A stretch of 64,000 nt of DNA, taken from NCBI GenBank assembly GCA_003427395.1, contig BFEA01000002.1, positions 3,967,010 to 4,031,009 of the forward strand, read 5' to 3'. This document shows positions 1-11,851 of the stretch, piece after piece (the stretch's first letter is position 1; the number at the start of each line of letters is the position of its first letter). The stretch is from Chara braunii. Its lineage: Eukaryota > Plantae > Charophyceae. The notes beneath the pieces are model-generated. The model was not told the origin of the DNA, ran no database searches, and was given only the letters and a program-made list of their open reading frames with translations. The translations under genes and the position numbers were made by a program.

Positions 1-498
1 TCAATTTTAACGAAATGCCTGTTTTGTAAGATGCTCCTTCGCTCCTTCATCGTCGTCTGTTGGCCTTGATCCCTGAATCTACAGGTTGAAAGTCGAATGT
101 CATGACCAATAGTGCTAAGCCTTTGGTTAAGTGTAGTAGGCACAAATTTTATCATAGGATATATCCGCCCTGACCTAGGTTTGCCAACTGTACCAAAGCT
201 CGCACCTTGGCCCATCGGTCACTCCCACGGCCACCACATTCCACACTTGCCGCTTGGAGGGGCCGACTTTGCCCGCGACCGCCGCATATATGAAAAGTCG
301 CACAACTTCAAAAAAATTCAGCTCTCTCAATGGTCTATGCCTTAAAAAAGCCACACTTTTTACTACCTCAGTGTCAGGAAACCCTTATTTTTACTCATAC
401 CACGCCCCGTTCGTGCTAACTTTTCCAAGGTCCTTGACGACTTCTATTGTTGACCACATTCAATCTAAATATTCAACGCACCTTACATTATGCGGACG

Positions 499-819
<321 letters not shown>

Positions 820-1620
820 ATAACTCTTCTGCCTTTGGTAAGTCGATTAAAATCACTTCGGAATACGATTTTAACCTCCAACAGCTAACTTTAAACCATC
901 GATACCCTTGACGTCGTAAATTAGGGGGGACCGGTAGGCCGATATTAGTATTTTACCTTTTGCCTATCGGTAGTACATAGTGGGCCTCACTTTGTTCTTG
1001 TTTTTACTCTGCAAAAAAAAAAACGAAAACATAACTTCAGGTGTCACCACATTTCGTGCCTCAATCTACTTCCCCTCACACGCATGGATGATTGCGGTGT
1101 ATATTTTTGTATTGTGCTGCAAGGTTCACCGGGTGACTTTTTTTGTTTTTTTACCCCACAAAAAAGTGCAGCGCCTGAATTGAAAACCACGTGCCTACTT
1201 TTTCAGAACTTCAGTTTGTTTTTTTTTTTTGGTCGCTGACCCCGCGATATTCACGGCCCTAACTCCCCGGAAAATCGACTTTAGGCTGGCGGGTGGAGTG
1301 GTGGTTTAACATCGATCATGATTATATCGGTTTCTATGTGCGCGCTATAAGCCCGTGCGACAATGCTAATTAAAAAAATATATATTTGAATCCTTTTCTA
1401 GTTCGTACTATCGTGTGGGATTACACTATCCGTTCACTAAAGCACCAAACATCTCACTAAGTCAGAGCGTGCCCCCAAAGTGCACGCTGACACACTTTCT
1501 CATCTAACCAAATGTGCGCTTATTTTTTTCGACTTCTAAGAGTCAATTATGGGTCGTGAAAGATGTGCTACTCTCTCAAGTATCATAAAAAATGTGTCTC
1601 CTGTGAGACACAAAAATATG

Positions 1621-1935
1621 CACAAATCCCTTTGTAAGCTAGGGTATCAAAGTAGCCCGAGACCACTTGCCCGACCGGACCAAAAATAAAAAAATTAATA
1701 TTATATTATTTAACTTTGTTTTTTTCTTGCAATTTGATAAAGAATTGTTACGTGACCTTGAGGCAAATATTGTTCAATTTATTTTTGTGCATAGCTTACT
1801 TGTTTTTCATATTTTTTTGAGCGTTTATTTGTTTTTGGCTGAGACCCTCTTTGGTCCTTGCAGGGCCAAGCTGCCCGAGCAAACAAGGTCGCCCGGGCAG
1901 CCCGACTGGTAGCCTAGCTTATAAGGGTATTCGTG
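1621..1935. mobile_element. MITE with ~25-30 bp imperfect terminal inverted repeats (hAT-like TAGG core)
   Basis: Left aatccctttgtaagctagggtatca versus reverse complement of right end aatacccttataagctaggctacca. AT-rich interior with gcccga/ccggg subterminal motifs. Related copy at 56156-56573. Confidence 0.55.
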
Positions 1936-2169
1936 TCGACAACGGTTTGGCAAAGAGTGGTAAGAGATCCTCTAGTAAGTTAAAATCATAATAATAGAGA
2001 GGTCACTCTTTCCCTAGTTCAACTTGAGATAAGAGAAAAAAACAAGGGGGAGAAAAAAAAAGCAAGGAAAGAAATGCATGATTTTTTTCATAAGCGTAAA
2101 CTTCATGTTTTATGTCTTCGATAACAAAGCTTAATGAGTCTAGCTTAGCTAATTAATAACCATGGTGGC

Positions 2170-5100
2170 GTGACTTAATTGTATAGGCTCCAGCTGAAGG
2201 GCCGTAGGGGGGTGTGGTCATCCTCTTTGCACCAAACTTTCAAAAGTCCCTCCATGACGGCTTTTTGGATTCTAGAGGTAGATGGGCGTAGGTGATTGTC
2301 ACTATGGATACCGAACACTAGTTGATACCTATTGTATATGCCCTTTTGGATCGCACAAAACAAAAATGTTTTCGGCATTCTCTTCCGACTTATCTCCCAC
2401 GAGCAAATAACTTTATTATTTTGGGGAACTTCAATATAGTGGTTTATCATGGTTTCGATAACAGGGCCTGTTATTAGACCAGAAGAATGGGATGCGAATG
2501 CTTTGCATGCTCTATGGCCGACTTAGATATAATATACATTTTTATAACCGGGTATCCTGATAACCGAAAGTTTGCTTAGTTTGCTCCCGGGAACAATGCA
2601 CACCACTCACGAAGTAGGATTGACCTTATTAGGGTGGAAAAGACTTCATTGAATCTATGTTTGTTAGTTTGCATCCTTCCCACTGCTATGTCTGATCACT
2701 CTTTGGTAGTAGTAGGTAGTTGCAATCCCTTAGGCATTCGTCTTTGTTTCCCTCCTCCGCCGTTTCCTACTATTATCTTGACTTTTCTTTTCTTTCTATG
2801 GATTTAAAAAAAAAATGGTTGGAAGACTGTCATGCCAATTCAAATGGTTCATGGATGATACAAATACCTTTATGTCGGACACAAGGAAGCAGATCGCTAC
2901 AGAAAGAAAACTACATTGACAATTGGACGAGCAATTAGCCCCGACACTTTCAATCTGAGGGATGACCCTCCGTTTGGATGGGATGAGGAGGAATGGTGGA
3001 GTGAGAGGCGTCAGACAACTCTTGTTTGGTGAGAGTGGCAGAAAAAGGATGTTATTTAATGGCCTAGGGTCTGTCGGACTCTTGTTGTGGACAAAATGAC
3101 TGGTAAGTTTTTCGACAACTTGCACAGGGCAAATAAATTTCTCTCATGACTCGCCTACATCATCCCTTTGACCCACATCATGTCCCGACAACAACTTCAA
3201 AAGGCATTTTTTATAATGCAACACTGTACTACAAGCATTTTTTTATGAGGAACGGGCTTGGCCCCCTGAGGAAATGAGGGAGCAACCTTATGATCAAGTT
3301 TATAAATGTATTAAGATGATGCTTTCGCCTCAACAATTGTTTTTTTCTTGACAGATCGTTCGAAGAACAAGAAGTCATAAATATCATTTTCGACCTTCCC
3401 TCTAGTAAATCCTCCAGACTTTATGGTCTCCCGTTGAAATTTTCAAGCACCTAGTGGATCACGTTGTCCCTTTCCTGACTCAAGCATTTAATCAAGTTAT
3501 GGAGTCATGGTCTCCAACTCCTGAATTTAGCGCAATGATTGTCATCCTTCTCAACAAAAAAAAGAATTATGATGGCATTCGAAATAGGCATCTCATCTCG
3601 AAGTTGAATAAACTCTATAAAGTTTTTACTAAATTTTTTGTGTTCCCGGATGGAGGGTCCACTAAATGATTTGATTCACTCCACTGAACTGGTTTTGTGT
3701 CTGGACAACAAATCGCGAACAACATATTAATTGTCAAACATTGTCTTGAGCTTAGGAATGAGGTACCAAATAGTTTGGTTTTGATCCTTCTGAATTTTTC
3801 GAAAACCCATGATCATGTTAAATGAAATTTTATTTTTGAGGGACTACATTGCAAAGGATTTGAAGGTTCATTTTGTACCTGGGTTTCCTCACCACTTTCG
3901 CTCGGAAAAATAATTCTTCAAGTAAATGATCTACGTTCGAAACTCTTTGAAATTTCACACTTTATTCGATAAGGTTGTTTTTTTTTCCGATCCTTTATAT
4001 CTTACATGTTGAACATTTACATAACCTTATAAGGGCATCAGATACGTTGGAAGGACCGCTAGTGCCACAAAAGGACCTTCGCTCTTCGGTTTTTGTGGAT
4101 GACTCTGCTACCTACATTTGTGTGAAGATGGGTCAGATGACTGAACTTCATCGATGCTTGAATACATTTTCCTTGTACTGAGGAGCTTGATTCAACTGGG
4201 GTAAGACCGTTGCGGTTGCTTCTTTCTCGACAAATAATATTGATGACTGGGATGTCTACAGTTTTCCTAAGGGGAAATTCTTTAAAGTTTTGGGAATCCA
4301 AATGGCTCAAGGGGGAGGTGTCGATCCACAAATTAATACTATCTGGGCCACAATAGTATTCATAATGAGGAGGTGGAAAAATCGGATCATTTTGGACCTC
4401 CTTGGTAGGGAACACTAATTATTAACAACTTCATTCTTTCTATGATATAGTATGTCACAACAATTTATGTGCCCCCAAGTCCATTTCTCGTACAATTCGT
4501 GTTGCAGTCACTAAGTTTTCTTGATCGTTTGATGTTGAGGTCGCCTCCACCATCTTGCGTGTGGCTTGGAAATGATTCAACCTCGGAGGAAAGGGGGCTT
4601 ATCCATGTTGGACCCCACGACCCAGATAATAGTCCTCTAGTGCCGAAAAGTGGTTTAAAATTTTATGGTTGGGGATCAAGATGTTTAAAACTTATTGAAA
4701 AAATATTTTTTTCCTGGATTTTCACCCTTCCTTAGACTGAAGCAACAATTTGGACAATGTTAATATTTGTCGAGTTATTAACAGGAATCCCATAGGATTC
4801 CACGTGGTCAAACATACTTAAGTATTGGTGTAAGGTTCAATTCATAGCGTTTCCTCCCCGATGTTCCTCCCATATTTTTCTACAACGTATGTTCGATAAT
4901 AGCTATATCATTTATGATTGAGATACTTAACAAGGAAACCAATACTTTGAGAGATATTGCACATATCTTTGTGATATTGCATCATCGATCTTTCAGGCGG
5001 CAACATTTGTTAACAATAATTAAAGTTACATCATAGGATTTGTGCACTTACTTCAATTCCGCGGAGTGCAGTCTGGTCATTGGTTGAGAATCAGAAGCAC

Positions 5101-6663
5101 AAGTTCCGGTGGAATATATTCGAGTGGAACAAGTCCATAATGGAGGGCATGAATTCGATGTGTTTTCATGGACGTGTTGCTCAGGCTATGAGAATTTGTG
5201 CAAACCTCTAATCCGTGGTTTATTGGATCTTATTGGTAAAAATATTTCATCAATGACCCCTTTACTGATCCTCACAAAAATGAATAGGAAATGTCCTCAA
5301 TATTTTTTTTCATTCAAGGCAAGCACGCCTCTTTGCTAACTATCTTTTAAATCATCATTATAGTTTTTTTTATGTTAGAGGAATGCAATGGAAGTCACTT
5401 CGTTTGATGAACTGACTACCAAGAATCTCTATCGTTATCACACACGTAAGGTGAATATTTTAGTTGATCTCAAACCACAATAGGTAAAACAGAAGATTTT
5501 TGCTGACCAGTTCTTGAAATTTTGTGACATTACTTGCAAACTTTCAAACGCCAAACACACAACTTTACTTTGGTTCACTATGCATTTAGCCATTCCCACA
5601 TTAGAATGACTTTCTACTAAAAGTCAACAAGTGAATTCATTTTGTTTGATATGTGTCTTGGAGACCGAGGATTTACTGCAACTGTGGGTCACTTGTCCTC
5701 TTGAACAAGGTTTCTGGTGGGTCTAACCTTTACTATATGAAGGCCCCTTCCCGCTCATCATGATGGAGGACCTTACTGCTGATGTGCTTTTGACACCTAA
5801 CCTTCATGTACGTCCAAATTTGCAACCTGTGCAGCGATTCTCTCGACATTTTGGACTATTAGGAACAATAGTACTTGGCAGGATAAAATCCCATCGCTTC
5901 TTCACCTCCAGAAGATAACAATCCTCAAGATCAAATAACATCAAATGAATTTCTTACATAGGCATAAAAACATGCCTATTAAGAGCCCCCTTTCACAATT
6001 TTGTGGCCTTTAATTTAATTGAGAATCGTTACTTTGGATCGTCCTTATCTTCAATATAAAATAATTTTGAAAGTTTATCTCTCTCGTCCCCCTCTGAAGG
6101 TTTTAGTGATCTACATGAGGGGGTCCAAGTATTTTTGCAGTATACTCAATAACCATGTTCCATTTGATCTTCCTCCTTATCTTCTCCTTTCTTTTTTGTT
6201 TGTTTTTTCACCTTTATAATACGTGTAGTTTTAGAATTAGGTCCTTTTCTTTATAGTTTTTTTCGATGCTATAAGATCTCATTTTTAATTTTATGATTTA
6301 ATAACTTTTTAGGCACTACCCTTCGGGACTCTTATCTACTCTTTTCACTTTTAATGATGATTAAATCATTAGTTTGTTCAACTTTTTTGGTTTACTTAGT
6401 TTCGTTGAAATTATGTTCAGGAGGTTTTGTATTTGTTTCATGGGGGGGTTCCTTTCCCCAGTAAAGAAGTTACTGTTACTAGGGTAGGACTAGGTACTTT
6501 AGTTAGCCTCCTGCTACCTTACAAGGACTCTAGTTTTTGTTTGGGGGGCATGGTCCCCCCCCCAAAACTTATTTTCTTATATGCTTGTTGGGGATAAGTA
6601 ACCAGATTGGCTTCCCCTCATAATACATAGGGGTCTTTGTTTAAAAAATAAAATAAAATAAAA
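2170..6663 (+). mobile_element. Decayed L1/Tx1-like LINE (APE endonuclease, RT, C-terminal zinc finger, 3' UTR and A-rich tail)
   Basis: Ordered motifs: GGVVILF (~2208), FIILGNFN (~2415), SDH (~2690), VILLNKK..LYKVFTK (3541-3633), TGFVSGQQIANNIL (~3690), LLNFSKTHDHV (~3790), FVDD (~4092), CLIC..ETED..C (~5643). Tail aaaaaataaaataaaataaaa at 6643-6663. Many stops and frameshifts. Confidence 0.88.
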
Positions 6664-7762
6664 TTGTTTGGCTCTGTGTCCAAAGATATCATTATCAAAA
6701 AGGAAGAATTTAGAAAGGGCAGAAAAACAAAGATGAAGCAATGACTATTGTGGTCTCGATGATGACTTGGGGATGACGATCCCTATCCAGTTTTGTACAT
6801 CTGACCGTCATGTGTCTTCGCTGTCAAGTAGTTTCTTCCACAGCCTCAATGATGAAGGGTGGGGGGAGAGAATAAGCGGTAACAACTATTGTCATTTCAC
6901 CAAATCAACCCTTAACAGTCAATAAGACAAGGTAAAAAAAAAAAAGTAATAAAAGTTCTAAATATAAAGAAAGGAAAACAAAAATAAACAAAAAAACAAA
7001 AAGTTTGAGAGAATAACAAATAAATGTCCATAAAGTGTTGAAATATAACCCTGAGTTGAAATCCTGTTGGACCTTTACGAATGGGATAAATCATTCTGAA
7101 TTACCTAAGGTCAGTCCGATGGATGAAGATATTCAAAGATTGTTATTATTTTTTCATAAAATAAAATAAAATATAAGGTCGTTGCGATGACTAAATCACG
7201 AACGAAAAGGGTGAGGATATTATCAATAACTTATACGTGGAGTCATCAAGCGAGGAAATATGTAAAAATATGGATGACCAAAATTTTTCATCCATCTATT
7301 TGCTACCCATGTATATATTCAACAATCAATCAATCAATCAGTCAATTTTTTGTCTCCAAATGAATCAGTGAATTATGATAAAGCTGATAATGAAGATGAT
7401 GACATGTGCGTGTTGTCTTCGTATCACTCTAAGCCCGAATCTAGTTTTTGTCTGTCACCAACCTCATTAACAGACAACCTCAAACACAAACAATGACACA
7501 AAAATCAATCGAGCTTCATGACGACAATGATGCCAATATGCTAAGCCGAAAATTAAGATGAAACGATTTTCACCTTTGAAGTAACAGAAGCAAATCCCAG
7601 GGTTCGATCCCTATAACCTTTCCTCACTTGTGTACAGTAGTATCAAGTTAACCCTTGTGTGTTTTGAACCCGTGACCTGTGTTTTGATAGCTGACTGTTG
7701 TCTGTCATAGATCTATGTCGGTATCAGGTTTTGAACCGTAGGTCCGTCAAGTAGGGGTCATC

Positions 7763-7885
7763 GATGTATAGAGGTCATAAATGTATAAAGGTCATAGATG
7801 TATAGAGGTTATAGATGTTGCAACTCTGAAAGGTCAAGGTCGTAGATGCTACAGTCCGGAAAGGTCAAGGTCGTAGCTACTATAG
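7763..7885 (+). repeat. Short tandem repeats (17-bp gatgtatagaggtcata x3, then ~32-bp aaaggtcaaggtcgtag x2)
   Basis: Directly visible repeat units. Confidence 0.7.
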
Positions 7886-10800
7886 TTCAAAAAAAACAAG
7901 TCCACAAACTTTCGGAAGGTCCGGAAGTGACCTTTTGAGTGTTGTTCACGTTAGACCAGAGGCAAGTGGGCAAGTGGGTAATCCAACTTTGCTTAGTCAG
8001 CGGTACCCAGTCCCAGTCTCACTTTGTCCAGTCAGCAAGTGCCATATGGGACTGTTTGTACTATGGGCCGGTGGAAAAGGGGCAGACCAGTAACCAAAAA
8101 AAGTATAAATCAAGAGGTAGCGTCCAACTATTCACTCATTTTCTGTGTGAGCCATGCGGAAACGCTGCCCAAGCGTCTTGTGTGAGTTGATCTGCAGATG
8201 CCTGTAGTCGAAGTGAGCTGGAAGGAAGATAGAGCAACCATTGTTGGTTGTAGGGAGTAGTAGTCGGCGGCCATAGCTACCATAGCTAGCGATAGATAGT
8301 AGTGAGTGTGTGTGTGTGTGTGTGTGGTACAAAGTGGATGTGCGTGGGATATCCAAAAAGATTTAGTGTAGTGTGCGTGTGAACAACTGTTGTGGATACA
8401 ATGTTGGACGTGAGGTGTGCGGGCGCTCAGGCACCATAGCCAATTCGAAGCGAGTTTGTATCCGAACTTTGTTCTCGGCTTGAATATCTTTGAGCTTTGT
8501 GTGGATGTCTAGCGCCAGTGTGGTTTGCCATCTGTGTGCATGCATGATGAACAAAGAAGAAGGCAAGTCTGATTGCGAAGGGGGAAAATTGAGCGAGAGC
8601 GGGGGAAGTAGGGAGCGTGATCAATCTGTTTCCCCCGTGAGTCGTCCAACAGATTCAATGGCCATAACAGTGATGAATCATTTTTGCATATCATTTTTTC
8701 ATGTGTAACGATACAACGATACAAAGAGAAAAAAAAAGAGATTGGGGGGGGGGGGTAAAGAAGCTGAAGAGCTATAAACATTATGTAGTTTTAAGATACG
8801 ACTACTAGTGAGAGCATAGGTGTTAACTTTTCACGGGGACTGAGAAAATCATTACATGTTGACGATATACATATAGTAGCTATGACCGTCAACAGTGTTC
8901 GAGGACTTTATGACACGGATCTATCGCCGCCTCGCCTCCATCAGACTCCTCTTCCCCCACTCTCTCTACCGATGAGGAAATTATGAGTTTTGCTACCAGC
9001 TCCTCTCTCTTGACACAGTTGTCGGAAACTCGTCGTAAAGAGTTGGTTCATCGATTATCGTGCAAGTTGCTGTTAATCGCCTCTGGTTCATGAATCCATC
9101 GTAGTTAATAAGTCTCCGAACTCGCAAATATTTAATCAACAATAGTGCTTGTTGAGGGTTGCACTCATGTGTTTTACATGCAACATCTTGTCAAGGAGTG
9201 TAAACCCTTCCTATGTACAGGACCATGAACAGGAGCATTGATCACTCAATCGGACGGTGAAGGATGCTCCTCGCTGTGCAAACAGTTTTAGGGAGAACAC
9301 GTCCGAGATCGAAGACCTATGACATTGACTCGATAAGATGGATCGACGGTTGTTGGAGACGTACACTAAATACCACATCAGTAGAAAAATAAGATGGCTA
9401 CTCGGCGATAGATGTGGCATCATGGAATGCAGGCGGGATCACGATAGCTTCTCAACCATGGGTGAGATCAATAAGGGGGGTTAATGAGGAAGATGGGATG
9501 AGCGGGGTCGGATCCTCGAAGCAGTAGATTGTTGGTGATGCAACCAGAAATAAGAGTGTTTCGCAAAACGAAGAAGTCGAGGAGGAGGAGGCGGAACAAG
9601 AAAAAACGACAGTTGAAGAAGAGGAGGAGGAGGAGCATGTGGAAAATGAGGAAGCAACAATTGAAGAAGAGGAGACAGATGTGAAAGAGGAAGGGGAGAG
9701 AGATGAAGGGTGCGACGAAAAAGATGGAGAAAAGCGCGAGTAGAAGAAAAAATAATATTTTGTAAACAAATTCGTGTAGTTTATGACGTAGATGAAAAAA
9801 TCAGAAACGATGAAATTTCATTTGAATAAACACAAAAAACTTATTAACGAACGTACAACCAAAGCGGCTTCAGACCTGTACACTTGTCTCCCTGTTTAGT
9901 GCAACACATAAATAGAGTAGTTGTCACTGTAGCTCATTAGGTTTGAGTTGAGGATTGTATGGAAGAGGTTAAAGGTTCGAAAACTGATCACATCAAACAA
10001 AAGATATAGCAAGTGTTGGTTGTCTTACTTCCTAGTACGTGGTCATAAATATCTTAGTATAACGGAATGAGGGTCTCAAAGTATAAACTTTGGGTTCATG
10101 TGTAACAATTACTTGAGTACGAACTTATCATGGTACTGGAGCAAGCTTCAGGTATTATCTATGGATTCAATAGAGACTGATATGACAGTTCTTTTAGTAC
10201 GACCTTGTCGGGTTACTTGAATGGGCTCTAGGTCGTGGATTTGGGGCTCCAGTTGTTGCTGACATAGAAGTTTACCTTAGTATAGACTTATCAGGGTACC
10301 GAAATGGGGGCCAGGTGCTAGTTGTGTGGTTGGTGTAACTGTCACCTGGGTGATTAACATTAGGGGAGGAAGGCGGGTAATTGACGGGAGGAAGGGTGGG
10401 TGCGGTCTTCCGAGGGGTTCATCCGAATAACTCAATGGGTGATTACCGAAGGTGACTGTCATATCTATAGAGCAGAGTAGAGTGGAGTAGAGAGGAGTGG
10501 AGTGGAGTGAATTGGAGGGGAGGCCCAAAACAAAAAGCGGGCTGCCCATTCAATTTATCAACAGCGGACTTCCCCCGCTTGGCAACCACGTTACCCGGCA
10601 CTTCTTAGGTTTCAAGTGGGGGAAGGTGCTGGTGGTTTATATAAGAAAAAAAGGAAGAATTTTCAAGGGTAGCACTTGAGGTTCGAGTATTTTCAAGTGG
10701 TGTGGAACGAGGTTCCCAGTCCTCTCGATGTTCCGTTCCACTTCATGCGGCACGCTAGGCGGCCTATGTCCCATGTGCGCCTCTCTCTTCGACTATGTGG

Positions 10801-11117
10801 GGAGGGCAGTCCGTCGGCTCCTGGCCTACACCCGCCAGGGTTGATCTGAGTGTCTGACAGAGTGACCGGCACCGCTCGAAGGGCGACATACCGGACGTTC
10901 AGATTGCGCTAAAGATGACCCGAGAGTGAAATGCTGACACGTAACATTCGCCGTGTGAAAGAGCTTAGTGGGTCGACTGGAATCGGAAGATTTTATTTTA
11001 TTTCGGCCTTACCTCTTTGTTCCTTTTTTGAAATTCTGTGCTGGGTTCTTTTTCCTTGCGTGTCGGCGCGTTGTGGAAACGCAAGGCGCATTTGTTCCCG
11101 CCATCACAGAAGTGTAT

Positions 11118-11189
11118 CCTGTCACCCTGTCCTTCTTTCGAGTCAATACCTGACCTGTCACCCTGTCCTTCTTTCGAGTCAATACCTGA
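11118..11189 (+). repeat. 36-bp exact tandem duplication upstream of the KH gene start
   Basis: cctgtcaccctgtccttctttcgagtcaatacctga occurs twice in tandem. Confidence 0.85.
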
Positions 11190-11514
11190 AGTGGGAGGAG
11201 GGTCGTCTTGTTGTTTGCGTTCGACTGTGTTTCGAATTTCGCGTTCATCGCCACACGTGTTAGCCTTTGCTGTCCCGGAGTAGGTGTCTATCACGCGCTT
11301 TTTCGTGCCCGCGCCGATCTTGAATCTCCGCCGGTGTGTTGTTGCCGTGATAGAATCGTCTGCGGTGGTGATAATCTTGTGCCGCGGTGGTAATCTTGTA
11401 CTGTTTTTGAATGTGTTCTTGCATGTAGTGTGTGCCGGGTGCAGGCCGTAGGCAGTCGACTGGCCGGCTAGTTTTCTGGCTAGCTAGCTGGTTGGAACAG
11501 CTCATCTTGTAGTT

Positions 11515-11851
11515 ATGGCGGACGAAACACAGGTGCTGGTGACTGCCCATCTAGAGGCAACGGCGGCTTCGCTGATGAACGAGAACAACAAGCGCCGGCT
11601 CGACGAATCGGGGACGGACAATCTTCCTTCTACCACTCCCGTGGTGGATGGGCACTTGTATAACAACGTAGCGCCTCCGGCGCTGTCGGACTTCGACCTC
11701 GCGAAGCAGAAGGCGGCGGAGATCGCCGCGCGTTTGTGTGGTGATGCTAGTGTGAAACGGGCGAGAACGGAGGAGGAGAGGGATGGCAACCAGGTGACCA
11801 ATTCGACAATGACCAACGGTCCGGAATCTACAGTGTCGACATATGGTAGAG
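11515..11851 (+). CDS. KH/FUBP-like gene, coding exon 1
   Basis: ATG at 11515; AKQKAAEIAARL motif; donor G|gtaagc at 11852, phase 1. Confidence 0.88.
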
